From Hydrurus foetidus (lineage: Eukaryota): 64,000 bases of DNA. The stretch is taken from contig UYFQ01000001.1 of assembly GCA_900617105.1 (NCBI GenBank), positions 744,001 to 808,000 of the forward strand, read 5' to 3'. Positions 9,620 through 19,929 of this stretch are shown piece after piece. The position numbers and the translations under genes are program-made. Every line of letters begins with the position of its first letter. Position 1 is the first letter of the stretch. The notes under the pieces were generated by a model. That model had not been told where the DNA came from, did not search any database, and saw only the letters and a program-made list of their open reading frames with translations.

Positions 9620-11932
9620 ATGCTGAATGAAGTTGATGGCACCCTCCAAGGCCATCGTGATGGTCATGGTTTTGTCGTCCGTGATGACGGTGAATCGGAC
9701 ATCTATCTCCCCCCCAACGAGATGCGTGCCGCGATGCACAAAGACCGGGTCAAGGTACGTATCGTGCGCTCTGACCGCAAAGGTCGCCCCGAAGGCCGCA
9801 TCACCGAAATCATCGAGCGCCCGGTACACCCCATCATTGGCCGCCTGCTGTTCGAGAGTGGCATTTGGCTGCTCGCCCCCGAGGACAAGCGCTACGGTCA
9901 GGATGTGATGATTCCCAAAAATGGCATCGGTGCTGCCAAACCCGGCCAAGTCGTCGTGGTGGAGCTGACCGAGCCGCCTTCGCTGTACGGCCAACCGGTG
10001 GGCCGCGTCAAAGAAGTGCTGGGTGAAATTGAAGACCCTGGCATGGAGATCGAAATCGCCGTGCGCAAATACAGCGTGCCTCACGAATTCTCGCCTGCCT
10101 GTCTGACCCAAGCCCGCAGCTTGCCTGACAAGGTGCGCCCACAGGACAAACTCCAGCGCATTGACCTGACCGACATCCCCTTGGTCACCATCGACGGTGA
10201 AGATGCCCGCGACTTTGACGATGCCGTCTATTGCGAGCCCACCAAAATTGGCCGTGGCAAGACTGCCACTCAAGGCTGGCGCTTGTTGGTTGCTATTGCC
10301 GACGTGAGTAACTATGTGGAAACCGGCTCGGCCATCGACATTGATGCCTACGACCGTGCCACCAGCGTTTACTTCCCCCGCCGCGTGATCCCCATGCTGC
10401 CCGAGAAGCTCTCCAACGGCCTGTGTTCCCTGAACCCCGATGTGGAGCGCCTGTGCATGGTGTGCGACATGCTGGTCACGGCGGATGGCGATGTGTCCGC
10501 TTACCAGTTTTACCCCGCTGTGATGTTCAGCCACGCCCGCTTTACTTACACGGAAGTGGCCGCCATCCTGTCCAACACCAAAGGCCCGGAAGCCACCAAG
10601 CGCAAAGCCCGCATTGACGATCTGCTGAACCTGCACGACGTGTACCACGCCTTGCTCAAAGCCCGGCACACCCGAGGCGCAGTGGATTTTGAAACGACCG
10701 AGACGCAAATCATTTGCGACGACAACGGCCGCATCGAAAAAATCGTGCCCCGCACCCGCAACGACGCGCACAAGCTGATCGAAGAGGCCATGCTCGCTGC
10801 CAACGTGTGCAGCGCCGATTTCATCGCCCAGGGCAAGCACCCCGGCCTGTTCCGCGTCCATGAAGGCCCCACGGCTGAAAAGAAAGAGGTGCTGCGTGCC
10901 TACCTCAAGGCGATGGGTATCAACCTGACCATCAGCGACGACCCCAGTACCGCTGAGTTCGCCGCCATTGCCGAGGCCACCAAAGACCGGCCTGATGCGC
11001 AGCAGGTGCATTCCATGCTGCTGCGCTCCATGTCGCAAGCCATTTACACCCCACAAAACGGGGGGCACTTTGGCTTGGCGTTCGAGGCCTACACCCACTT
11101 CACCAGCCCGATTCGCCGCTACCCCGATTTGTTGGTACACCGCGTTATCAAAGCCATTTTGGCCAAGACCAAATACCAGCTTCCCGTCTTGCCCACACCT
11201 GGCGAAGCCCATGCCAAGCTCAAGCTGCGCCTGGAAAAAGGCGCACGCTTGGCGAACAAGGTCAAAGCGCCCGGCCAAGCGCAATCTGGTTCACCCAAGA
11301 AGCTCACCGCTGAAGTTCAGGCGTGGGCCGCAGCAGGCCTGCATTGCAGTGCCAACGAGCGCCGTGCAGACGAGGCCAGCCGTGACGTGGAAGCGTGGCT
11401 CAAGTGCAGCTACATGCGCGAGCATTTAGGCGAGGAGTTCGGCGGTGTGGTCAGCACCGCCACAAGCTTCGGCATCTTTGTGACGCTGGACGCGATGTAT
11501 GTCGAAGGTCTCGTTCACATCACCGAGTTGGGCGGCGAATACTTCCGTTTTGACGAAGCCCGCCAAGAGCTGCGCGGTGAGCGCACCGGCATCCGCTACC
11601 ACGTCGGCGACCGCGTGCGCGTGCAGGTCAGCCGGGTAGATTTGGATGGCCGAAAAATTGATTTCCGCTTGGTCAACGAAGGCGACGAGCTTGTCAATCG
11701 GGCGCTGAAAGACAAGGGTGTCGCGTCGGAAGGTGGCGGCGGTAGTGGTCATGTCGGAAGGGGCAAAGGTTCTGGTCAGGGCGGTGCGCCCAGCCAGGGC
11801 CAGCAACCCCAGCAAAAACGCGGTGCCAGCCGGCAAGACCGTGGACAAAGTCAAACACCCCGTTCACCGGTTCAAGCCGTGCGTGACACTGCCAAGAAAT
11901 CAACGGCTAAAAAGCGTAAACCCAGACGCTGA
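9620..11932 (+). CDS. rnr: Ribonuclease R
   Basis: HRDGHGF, TIDGEDARDFDDAV, HFTSPIRRYPDL, S1 domain, basic tail; true start is about 9620 because the ORF-track extension overlaps the tRNA. Confidence 0.96.
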   Translation: MLNEVDGTLQGHRDGHGFVVRDDGESDIYLPPNEMRAAMHKDRVKVRIVRSDRKGRPEGRITEIIERPVHPIIGRLLFESGIWLLAPEDKRYGQDVMIPKNGIGAAKPGQVVVVELTEPPSLYGQPVGRVKEVLGEIEDPGMEIEIAVRKYSVPHEFSPACLTQARSLPDKVRPQDKLQRIDLTDIPLVTIDGEDARDFDDAVYCEPTKIGRGKTATQGWRLLVAIADVSNYVETGSAIDIDAYDRATSVYFPRRVIPMLPEKLSNGLCSLNPDVERLCMVCDMLVTADGDVSAYQFYPAVMFSHARFTYTEVAAILSNTKGPEATKRKARIDDLLNLHDVYHALLKARHTRGAVDFETTETQIICDDNGRIEKIVPRTRNDAHKLIEEAMLAANVCSADFIAQGKHPGLFRVHEGPTAEKKEVLRAYLKAMGINLTISDDPSTAEFAAIAEATKDRPDAQQVHSMLLRSMSQAIYTPQNGGHFGLAFEAYTHFTSPIRRYPDLLVHRVIKAILAKTKYQLPVLPTPGEAHAKLKLRLEKGARLANKVKAPGQAQSGSPKKLTAEVQAWAAAGLHCSANERRADEASRDVEAWLKCSYMREHLGEEFGGVVSTATSFGIFVTLDAMYVEGLVHITELGGEYFRFDEARQELRGERTGIRYHVGDRVRVQVSRVDLDGRKIDFRLVNEGDELVNRALKDKGVASEGGGGSGHVGRGKGSGQGGAPSQGQQPQQKRGASRQDRGQSQTPRSPVQAVRDTAKKSTAKKRKPRR

Positions 11933-11981
11933 AACAAGCGCATATCTGAATGCACTGTTAACCAGTCAACATAAATAAACC

Positions 11982-12746
11982 ATGTCTCACTCTTTATCTC
12001 CCTCCAAAATCGCCATCGTGACCGGTGCAGGCTCGGGCGTTGGCAAAGCCGCTGCGCTGGCGCTCTTGGGCGCTGGCTACAAAGTCGTCTTGGCAGGTCG
12101 CAGGCCTGAACCGCTGCAGAGCGTGTTGGCCGAATCTGCCTTTTCCGCCAACGGCTTGGTGGTGCCGACCGACGTATCTAAGCCTGAATCCGTAGCGCAA
12201 TTGTTCGCCAAAACGCTGCAAACTTTCGGTCGTGTGGATGTGTTGTTCAACAACGCAGGCGTCAGCGCCCCAGGCATCCCGCTGGAAGACCTGAGTTTCG
12301 AGCAGTGGAAAAACGTGGTCGATATCAACCTGACAGGCATGTTTTTGTGCATCCAGCAGGCGTTTAAAGCGATGAAGTCGCAAACCCCGATGGGGGGGCG
12401 CATCATCAACAACGGCTCGATCTCGGCCACCACGCCCCGCCCGAACTCGATTGCGTACACCGCCACCAAGCACGGCGTGAGCGGTCTTACCAAGACCGCC
12501 TCGCTCGATGGCCGCAAGTACAACATTGCGGTAGGGCAGATCGACATTGGGAATGCTGCGACAGAAATGGCTTCTCGCATGGCCGCAGGTATCTTGCAAG
12601 CCCACGGTGAAATCGCCAAAGAACCGCTGATGGACGTGAGCATCGTCGGTCAATCGGTGGTCTACATGGCCAGCTTGCCCTTGGAAGCCAATGTGATGTT
12701 CCACACGGTGATGGCGACGCAAATGCCGTTTGCAGGGCGGGGTTAA
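11982..12746 (+). CDS. Short-chain dehydrogenase/reductase
   Basis: [17 protein letters not shown] motifs. Confidence 0.9.
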   Translation: MSHSLSPSKIAIVTGAGSGVGKAAALALLGAGYKVVLAGRRPEPLQSVLAESAFSANGLVVPTDVSKPESVAQLFAKTLQTFGRVDVLFNNAGVSAPGIPLEDLSFEQWKNVVDINLTGMFLCIQQAFKAMKSQTPMGGRIINNGSISATTPRPNSIAYTATKHGVSGLTKTASLDGRKYNIAVGQIDIGNAATEMASRMAAGILQAHGEIAKEPLMDVSIVGQSVVYMASLPLEANVMFHTVMATQMPFAGRG

Positions 12747-12756
12747 CGCTTGAAAC

Positions 12757-14211
12757 TTAAGACGCTAGCCGTCCGTAGGTGTCTTCAAACCGCACAATAT
12801 CGTCTTCACCGAGGTAGCTGCCCGACTGCACCTCGATCATCTCCAGCGGGGTAATACCAGGGTTTTCCATCCGGTGAACTTCGCCCAATGGGATGTAGAT
12901 CGATTGGTTTTCGCTCAGCAAAAACGTCTCTTTGCCCTTGGTCACTTTGGCTGTGCCTGACACCACAATCCAATGCTCAGCGCGGTGGTGGTGCATTTGC
13001 AGGCTCAGCTTGCCGCCCGGCTTCACGGTGATGCGCTTCACTTGGAAACGCGGCCCGTGGTCAATGCTGTCATAAGCCCCCCAGGGGCGGGCCACATGGC
13101 GGTGCTCCGTGGCTTGGGCTACGCCCGCATTCTTCAGTGTTGAAACCACATGTTTGACTTGCTCGGCATGGGCCGCATCTGCTACCAAGAGCGCATCTTG
13201 GGTGTCGATGATGAGCAAATCGTGCGTGCCCAGTGCCACCACGGGGCGGTGCTCGGCGTGGATGTAGGTGTTGGTGCTGTTCAGCGCGAAGCCCTGGCCT
13301 CGGATGCGGTTGCCCGCGTCGTCTGGCGTGGACAGCGCCGCCACGGCGTTCCAGCTGCCCACATCACTCCACTGCCCTGCGAACGGCACCATCGCCACGT
13401 CGGCATGGTGTTCCAGCACGGCGTAGTCGATGCTTTCGCTGCGACAGGCGAGGAAAGCGGCTTTTTCAGGACGCACAAATTGACGGTCAATGGATGCACC
13501 GGCCATCGCGCTGCGACAGGCGGCCAAAATATCAGGCGCGTGCTGCTCTAAAGCGTTCACCAGAGTCTGGGCTTGCACCAAAAAAATACCGGCGTTCCAC
13601 AAATAACCGCCTGAGAGCAAAAACTCGGTGGCCTTGTCGACAGCGGGCTTCTCGACAAACCGCGCCACACGGTGCGCGTTCTCATCAAAAATGCGCCCCT
13701 GCTGCACATAGCCATAAGCCGTGCTAGGGAAGCTAGGCACCACGCCAAACGTGACGATTTGCCCCGCACTCGCCGCAGCCACGCCGCGCCGCACGGTGTC
13801 GTGAAAGGCTTGCAGGTCAGGGATAAAGTGGTCTGCGGGGGCAAACAGCAGCAAGGTATCTGCAGGTACATGCAACGCGGCCAATGCCATCGCCGCAGCG
13901 GTGTTGCGCCCCGCAGGCTCCAAAATCAACTCCGCCTCGACCTTGGCCTCAGTCGCCGCAGCTTCCACTAAAAAACGGTGGTCTTCAGAAGCAATCGTTA
14001 GCACCTGGGACGATAAGCCCTTCATGCGCTCCAGCGTGCCCTGCAACAGGCTGACATAGCCCTCGCCGCGCTGAATTAATGGCACAAACTGCTTGGGCAT
14101 GGCCTCGCGTGAGAGTGGCCAAAGCCGGGTGCCTGAGCCACCACAGAGGATGACTGGGCGGATGGTGGTGTTTGAGGTTTCGGACACAGAAGCTCCCTGG
14201 GGTTTTATCAA
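12757..14211 (-). CDS. manC: Mannose-1-phosphate guanylyltransferase / mannose-6-phosphate isomerase
   Basis: ILCGGSGTRLWPLSR, FVEKP, SIDYA, WSDVGSW, LSLQMHHHRAEHW; start uncertain. Confidence 0.95.
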   Translation of the reverse strand: MIKPQGASVSETSNTTIRPVILCGGSGTRLWPLSREAMPKQFVPLIQRGEGYVSLLQGTLERMKGLSSQVLTIASEDHRFLVEAAATEAKVEAELILEPAGRNTAAAMALAALHVPADTLLLFAPADHFIPDLQAFHDTVRRGVAAASAGQIVTFGVVPSFPSTAYGYVQQGRIFDENAHRVARFVEKPAVDKATEFLLSGGYLWNAGIFLVQAQTLVNALEQHAPDILAACRSAMAGASIDRQFVRPEKAAFLACRSESIDYAVLEHHADVAMVPFAGQWSDVGSWNAVAALSTPDDAGNRIRGQGFALNSTNTYIHAEHRPVVALGTHDLLIIDTQDALLVADAAHAEQVKHVVSTLKNAGVAQATEHRHVARPWGAYDSIDHGPRFQVKRITVKPGGKLSLQMHHHRAEHWIVVSGTAKVTKGKETFLLSENQSIYIPLGEVHRMENPGITPLEMIEVQSGSYLGEDDIVRFEDTYGRLAS

Positions 14212-14330
14212 CCTCGGAATGATAGCGGGGGATTTTTCGAGCTTGCCCGCGAAATGCCTTCTCGCGTGGGCTAATCTTTCGAACTAATGCCTTGGACTGC
14301 ACCAACTGACCAGGGTATCCCATCCGCTGT

Positions 14331-15635
14331 TCAATGCGCAATGGGCAACTCTTCCCATTGTGTGGTGAACCGTGGAGAACGGTTCTCTGAACGCATGGCC
14401 CAACGTTTCGAGTTGCCAGCCGCCCCACTGCGCAGCGTGCCACGGCCCCACACGCGGTTAATGGAGTCCATGACGGCCATTGTCTTGGCCGCCCTGTCGT
14501 GTGCTGCCACATCGTCAAACAGCGTTTCCTGACGTTGCGCCTTGACCGTCAGTTCCATCAGCATCACGCCGCACTTTTTGTACTGATACCCTTTGCGGAA
14601 AATGTGCCGCAAGCCTGCCAGCGCAGCGGTTGTCAACGCACGTGTGTCGTCTGACACGTCAGGCAGCGGAACCACCACGCCACCGTTGTATTGCAGGTCA
14701 GATTGCCGAAAGCGGTTGGTCTGGACAAACACGTACACAGCACCAGCCACTGAGCCCTGAGAACGCAGTTTTTCAGCGGCGCGGTCGATGTGCCAAGACA
14801 CGGCTTCGCTGATCTCTGCGATGTCCCGCACCATCGAACCAAAACTGCGGGATGCCATGATTTGCTGCTTCGGGTCAGCAAGGTCTTCAAGCTCCAGGCA
14901 TGAAACGCCACGCAACTCGCTGGCCGTCCTTTCCATGACCACATCAAACTGAATACGCAGCGCCTTCACGTCCGTGGTTGCCAGATCGAGGACTGTACGG
15001 ACGCCCATCGTTTCAAGCCGTGCCGCAATGCGTCGGCCAACGCCCCACACTTCACCGACTTCGATCTTTGCCATCCAGCCGTTGCGCTCGGAATCCGTCA
15101 GGCTGGACAGGTCACACACACCGTCAAAAACGGGGTTCTTTTTGGCAAGGTGGTTCGCAAACTTTGCCAGCGTCTTTGTCGCACCGAAGCCAGCGCATAC
15201 AGGTAAGCCAGTCCAACGCCGAATACGGTTACGCATGACATGTCCCATGGCCGTGGCGTCCCCATGCAGGTGAACCAGTGTCTCGACCCTCAGAAAGCTT
15301 TCATCAATGCTGTAGACCTCGATGTCTGGTGAAAACTCCCGCAGTACTGACACCACGCGATTGCTCATATCACCATATAGGGTGTAGTTTGACGACAGGG
15401 CGACGATGCCATGCTCTCGCGCCAAGTCCTTCATCATGAACCACGGTGCACCCATCTTTACGCCGAGCGCCTTGACCTCGTTGCTTCTGGCAACCGCGCA
15501 TCCGTCATTGTTTGACAGCACCACCACTGGAACGTGGGCTAGGCGTGGATTGAAAGTGCGTTCGCAACTGACATAAAAGTTGTTCACGTCCACCAGTGCA
15601 AACAAGGGGGGACGGCTGCTGGCATCAAGTGGCAT
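14331..15635 (-). CDS. umuC: Y-family DNA polymerase V subunit UmuC
   Basis: [31 protein letters not shown]...[12 protein letters not shown]. Confidence 0.95.
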   Translation of the reverse strand: MPLDASSRPPLFALVDVNNFYVSCERTFNPRLAHVPVVVLSNNDGCAVARSNEVKALGVKMGAPWFMMKDLAREHGIVALSSNYTLYGDMSNRVVSVLREFSPDIEVYSIDESFLRVETLVHLHGDATAMGHVMRNRIRRWTGLPVCAGFGATKTLAKFANHLAKKNPVFDGVCDLSSLTDSERNGWMAKIEVGEVWGVGRRIAARLETMGVRTVLDLATTDVKALRIQFDVVMERTASELRGVSCLELEDLADPKQQIMASRSFGSMVRDIAEISEAVSWHIDRAAEKLRSQGSVAGAVYVFVQTNRFRQSDLQYNGGVVVPLPDVSDDTRALTTAALAGLRHIFRKGYQYKKCGVMLMELTVKAQRQETLFDDVAAHDRAAKTMAVMDSINRVWGRGTLRSGAAGNSKRWAMRSENRSPRFTTQWEELPIAH

Positions 15636-15646
15636 GGCAGGCGGGG

Positions 15647-16117
15647 TTAGCAAACGTACCGACGCACGACACCAACGACCACACCCCAGATTTCAAGCTG
15701 GCTTTCGGCTTTGAAGCAGATGGGCTTGAAGGCAGGGTTTTCTGAGCGCAGTTCAACGCCGCCACTTTTGCGGTACAGGCGCTTGATGGTGTATTCGCCA
15801 TCGACCACGGCAATCACAATTTGGTTGTGCTGGGGCTCAATGCTGCGGTCAACCACCACCTTGTCACCGTCCACGATCCCGGCGCCTTGCATGGAATGAC
15901 CCTGAACCCGGAACAGAAAGCTTGCCGCCTTGTGGCGAACCAGATATTCATTCAGGTCGAGGCCGTCCTCAATATAGTCAGTAGCAGGCGACGGAAAGCC
16001 AGCGGGGATGCTGCACAGAAACAGCGGCGACGTGTACCGCAGCGGTTCAGGCGTGAGCGCAAGGTGCGACTGATCGAGCGTCGCGTGGGCGGATGTAGAT
16101 GAAGGTGGGGGTTGCAT
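15647..16117 (-). CDS. umuD: DNA polymerase V subunit UmuD (S24 peptidase)
   Basis: AGFPSPA cleavage site, GHSM catalytic Ser, TIKRL catalytic Lys. Confidence 0.93.
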   Translation of the reverse strand: MQPPPSSTSAHATLDQSHLALTPEPLRYTSPLFLCSIPAGFPSPATDYIEDGLDLNEYLVRHKAASFLFRVQGHSMQGAGIVDGDKVVVDRSIEPQHNQIVIAVVDGEYTIKRLYRKSGGVELRSENPAFKPICFKAESQLEIWGVVVGVVRRYVC

Positions 16118-16135
16118 AAGTCACGTCGTAAAATG

Positions 16136-16151
16136 CTGTTGTTTTATACAG
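16136..16151. promoter_or_regulatory. LexA (SOS) box upstream of umuDC
   Basis: CTGT-TGTTTTAT-ACAG (CTGT-N8-ACAG) inside the extended palindrome AATGCTGT...ACAGCATT, about 19 bp upstream of umuD. Confidence 0.88.
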
Positions 16152-16295
16152 CATTGTAGGACGGTCATCAGAAATACGCAAACCAGAGAGACAAAGATGC
16201 ACAGCCCAGTGTCACGTCATGAAAATATTGTTGGGTAAAGGCGTTTAAGCAACTCACAGGTGTTGCACTGGAGGTGCTGGATTGAGCGATGCAGC

Positions 16296-17204
16296 TCAAG
16301 CCCTGAGTGCAGCCTTCAATTGCACCCCCAACTCCGGCTTGTCCGCGAACGGGTCTGTCGGGTTGCGGGCTTGCAAAATATCTTCCAGCCGGGTCTGCAC
16401 CGAGCCAATCGCTTTGGGGTGGCTGTAGATGTAGAACTGGTTGGCAGCAACAGCATCGAACACTTTTTGCGCAACGATGGCCGCCGTGATCTTGCCGGAA
16501 CCCACCGCTTTGCTGGTCATGGCTTCGCCGATGAGCTGGCTTTGGGTGGGTTTGGCGTTGGCATCCACCATGTCTTGCGGGCGGTTGCGCTGGCTGTGGC
16601 TGATGCCAGTGGCGACAAAGAAGGGGCACAGCACGCTGGCGCTGATCTGGTCGGTGACCAGTGCCAAATCTTGGTACAGCGTCTCGGTGAGCGACACCAC
16701 AGCGTGCTTGCTGACGTTGTAGACCCCCATGTTGGGCGGGTTCAGCAGACCGGCCATGCTGGCAGTGTTGACGATGTGGCCTTGGTAAGACGGGTCAATG
16801 GCAGCCGCTTCCAGCATCATCGGTGTGAACAGGCGCACGCCGTGGATGACACCCCAGACGTTGACACCCAGCACCCATTCCCAGTCTTTCAGCGAGCTTT
16901 CCCAGATCAGGCCACCGGCCCCGACACCGGCGTTGTTGAAGACGAAATGCGGTGCGCCGAAGCGGGTTTTCACGGCCTCTGCCAGCGCCTCCATTTGGGC
17001 CGCGTTCGACACGTCCACCCGGCGGGCCAGCACCTGTGCGCCAGCGGCTTGCATTTCGGCCGCAGCTTTGTCGAGCGCATCCTGCTGCACATCCACCAGC
17101 ACCAGATTCATGCCCAATGCGGCCCCAATGCGGGCGCATTCCAGGCCAAAACCTGAGCCTGCGCCGGTGAGAACAGCCGTTTTTCCTTTGAAATCAACCA
17201 TCAT
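16296..17204 (-). CDS. Short-chain dehydrogenase/reductase
   Basis: TGAGSGFG, NNAG, YNVSK motifs. Confidence 0.9.
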   Translation of the reverse strand: MMVDFKGKTAVLTGAGSGFGLECARIGAALGMNLVLVDVQQDALDKAAAEMQAAGAQVLARRVDVSNAAQMEALAEAVKTRFGAPHFVFNNAGVGAGGLIWESSLKDWEWVLGVNVWGVIHGVRLFTPMMLEAAAIDPSYQGHIVNTASMAGLLNPPNMGVYNVSKHAVVSLTETLYQDLALVTDQISASVLCPFFVATGISHSQRNRPQDMVDANAKPTQSQLIGEAMTSKAVGSGKITAAIVAQKVFDAVAANQFYIYSHPKAIGSVQTRLEDILQARNPTDPFADKPELGVQLKAALRA

Positions 17205-18148
17205 GCTTGCGCTTTCTTTAAAACATACCCGATACGGGGGAAATGAACGTGAACGGTGCCGGCGCGCTCATCCGTGCGGCGCAGGCTGTAGTGGGTGCGG
17301 GTGGCGGCGACCAATTCGCCGGTGGTGGCCTCCGTGCCAAAGCTCTCAGGGGCCACCGTGACCAAGCTGCCCAGCGGGATGCCGTGGTCGTCTTGAAACG
17401 GCTCGGCATTCAAGATGTTTCCGGGCTTACCGCTTGTTGCTTGGGCGCTGACAGCTATCGCTTCTGTAGCGCTGAATTTTTGTGGCTGCCCGTGACCGAA
17501 CGCGGCCATGCGGTCTGCCCAGGCCAGTACAGCGGGCGTGGCCTCAAAAATACCGGCCAGCACCGGGGTTTGTGTACGGGTGAACCAGACCGATTGGTAG
17601 GCTGCAAAGTCCGCGACGCAAGGTGTGCTGCCCAGCAAAAAATCTTGCCCTTCCAGCATCGCGGCCAAACGGCGCAGGTAAGAGCGGTAGGCGCTGGTGC
17701 CGTCTTGGGGGCGGATGCGAACCAGCCCCGCACTCATGGCTTTGCGGTCTTCGCCAAAGGCTTGGGCCGCTTCGGGCGGTGCTTTGCCAAACAACTGCGC
17801 CATGCTGGCGGGCTGAAAGTTGTAGGCCATTGCATTGCGAAACAGCGTGGTATCGGCCCAATCAGCCACCACACGGGCCAAGCCTTTGTTGACACCGGCA
17901 TAGAGCGATGGTGTGGGCTGGATGTGTTCCAGCACATCGCAAATCAGCGCTGAATCACAGTAAATATCGGCCCCGATCTGCAAAAACGGGGTTTTACGGT
18001 AGCCCCCCGTCAACGCCACCACATCGGGTTTGGGCATGATGCTGGGAATGAACACCGATTTCCAAGTCAATTGCTTGTAGCCCAAAACGGCACGGATTTT
18101 TTCCGCAAAGGGTGACATGGGGTAGTGGTGAAGGATGAGGTCGCTCAT
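17201..18148 (-). CDS. Glutathione S-transferase family protein
   Basis: HHYPMSPFAEK, GGYRKTPFLQIGADIYCDS, HVHFPRIGY; GGAGA RBS before the ATG at 18148. Confidence 0.9.
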   Translation of the reverse strand: MSDLILHHYPMSPFAEKIRAVLGYKQLTWKSVFIPSIMPKPDVVALTGGYRKTPFLQIGADIYCDSALICDVLEHIQPTPSLYAGVNKGLARVVADWADTTLFRNAMAYNFQPASMAQLFGKAPPEAAQAFGEDRKAMSAGLVRIRPQDGTSAYRSYLRRLAAMLEGQDFLLGSTPCVADFAAYQSVWFTRTQTPVLAGIFEATPAVLAWADRMAAFGHGQPQKFSATEAIAVSAQATSGKPGNILNAEPFQDDHGIPLGSLVTVAPESFGTEATTGELVAATRTHYSLRRTDERAGTVHVHFPRIGYVLKKAQA

Positions 18149-18178
18149 GGGAGTGTCTCCAGTTAAAGGTGTAGTCAT

Positions 18179-19861
18179 TTATTGGGGCATGGCCCGCGCA
18201 ATGATCCCGCTGAAATCCACCCCGCTGGGCAGCGTGCCAAAGGCGTAGCCCCAGTCGCCACCCAAGCGCGAGGTGCAAAACGCCGAGAACACAGCGGGTG
18301 TGGAATGCTGGTAGAGCAAGGCAGCTTGCACCACCAGCGCCACGTCTTGCGCCAAGCGGCGAGCGCCCATTTCGTCGCTGGCTTCGTCCACCCGCAGGGG
18401 CAAGGCAGCCGCCATGCGGTCGAGCGCGGGGTGCGCACCCTTGGCGGGGGCTAGCTCGTGGGCCAGAGCGGCGGCGGTGTCGGCTTTGCGCAGGGCGCGC
18501 ATCAGGTCGATGGCCATGATGTTGCCAGCGCCCTCCCAAATCGAGTTCAAGGGCATTTCGCGGTAGATGCGGGCCATGATGCCTTCGCCGTTTTCTTCCA
18601 CGTAGCCGTTGCCACCCAGGCATTCCATCGCCTCTTGCGCAAAGTGGCTACCGCGTTTGCAGATCCAGAATTTGGCGACAGGCGTTAAAAGCCGTGCCAT
18701 GACCCTCTCGTGCGCGACATATTGATGGTCAAAAGCCCTTGCCAAGCGCATAGAGAGTGCGGTGGCAGCTTCACTTTCGATAGCAAGATCAGCCAGCACG
18801 TTTTGCATCAGTGGTTGCTCAATCAGCGGCTTGCCAAAGGCGCTGCGCTGGCGGGTGTGGTTCAGCGCCAGGGTGAGCGCATTGCGCATCAGGCCGCTGG
18901 TGCCCAGGGCGCAATCGAGGCGCGTCATGGTGCCCATTTCCAGAATTTGCGGGATGCCACGGCCTTCGTCGCCCACCAACCAGGCGCTGGCACCGTGGAA
19001 TTCCACCTCAGAGCTGGCGTTGGCCTTGTTGCCCAGCTTGTCTTTCAGACGCTGGATGCGCAGCGCATTCTTGCTGCCATCGGGCAGGATGCGGGGCAAA
19101 AAGAAACAGGTCAGGCCCGCCGGGGCTTGGGCCAGCACCAGAAAGGCATCGCACATGGGGGCTGAAAAAAACCATTTGTGGCCCACCAAGCTGTAGCGCT
19201 CACCCCAGGCATCGGTGCCTGCATGGGTGGCGGTGGTGGTGTTGGCCCGCACGTCGGAGCCGCCTTGCTTTTCCGTCATGCCCATGCCCATGGTGACACC
19301 GGCCTTAAAGCTGACATGCTTCAAGGCAGGGTCGTACCAGTGGCTGGTCAACTTGGGGCCCCAGTCAGCGTAAAGGGCGGCGTTTGAGCGCAGAGCGGGT
19401 GTGGCGGCGTAGCTCATCGAGATGGGGCACAGCATGGACGGCTCCAGCTCGGTGAACATCGTGAACGCGGCGGCGCGGTGCAAATGAGGTGATGAATGCG
19501 CTGTCACCTCGCCCGCCCAAGGCGTGCCATGCAGGCCCGCGCCCACCGCCGCCGTCATCAGCGCGTGGTAGCTGGGGTGGAACTCCACCTCGTCCACGCG
19601 GTTACCAAAACGGTCGTGCGTGCGCAGCTCAGGCGGGTGCGTGTTGGCGAGGCGGGCGTGGGTTTGCATCGCCTCGCTGCCCAGCGACTCGCCCAGGTGC
19701 GTGAGCGAAGCCAGCTCCAGCTGCGGTGCATTGAATTTCAGCGCGTCGCGCAAGCCACGGTTAACCTCAAACAGGTTGTAGCCCACCAGCGGTTGAGGCT
19801 GGTTGAACACGTCGTGGGTGACGGGATTCGACGTAGGGGTGGCTGTCACTGTGGCTTGCAT
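18179..19861 (-). CDS. aidB: AidB-like acyl-CoA dehydrogenase
   Basis: VFNQP, VEFHPSYH, MGMTEKQGGSDV, RLKDKLGN, EAMECLGGNGYVE, SIWEG. Confidence 0.85.
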   Translation of the reverse strand: MQATVTATPTSNPVTHDVFNQPQPLVGYNLFEVNRGLRDALKFNAPQLELASLTHLGESLGSEAMQTHARLANTHPPELRTHDRFGNRVDEVEFHPSYHALMTAAVGAGLHGTPWAGEVTAHSSPHLHRAAAFTMFTELEPSMLCPISMSYAATPALRSNAALYADWGPKLTSHWYDPALKHVSFKAGVTMGMGMTEKQGGSDVRANTTTATHAGTDAWGERYSLVGHKWFFSAPMCDAFLVLAQAPAGLTCFFLPRILPDGSKNALRIQRLKDKLGNKANASSEVEFHGASAWLVGDEGRGIPQILEMGTMTRLDCALGTSGLMRNALTLALNHTRQRSAFGKPLIEQPLMQNVLADLAIESEAATALSMRLARAFDHQYVAHERVMARLLTPVAKFWICKRGSHFAQEAMECLGGNGYVEENGEGIMARIYREMPLNSIWEGAGNIMAIDLMRALRKADTAAALAHELAPAKGAHPALDRMAAALPLRVDEASDEMGARRLAQDVALVVQAALLYQHSTPAVFSAFCTSRLGGDWGYAFGTLPSGVDFSGIIARAMPQ

Positions 19862-19873
19862 GGTTGTCTCCTC

Positions 19874-19929
19874 TTATTTAATTTGATAGCAATCACCGCA
19901 TGCAGATACTGCGGTTCAGATCAATTTGA
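19874..19929 (-). repeat. ~56-bp repeat copy overlapping the oxidoreductase stop codon and the intergenic region before aidB
   Basis: Minus strand TCAAATTGATCTGAACCGCAGTATCTGCATGCGGTGATTGCTATCAAATTAAATAA (right arm of the core degenerate). Confidence 0.55.

Noticed and set aside
9485..11284. Long antisense ORFs (599 aa here; others opposite rimO, guaB and the RND gene)
   Set aside because: Shadow frames of GC-rich genes with no recognisable motifs.
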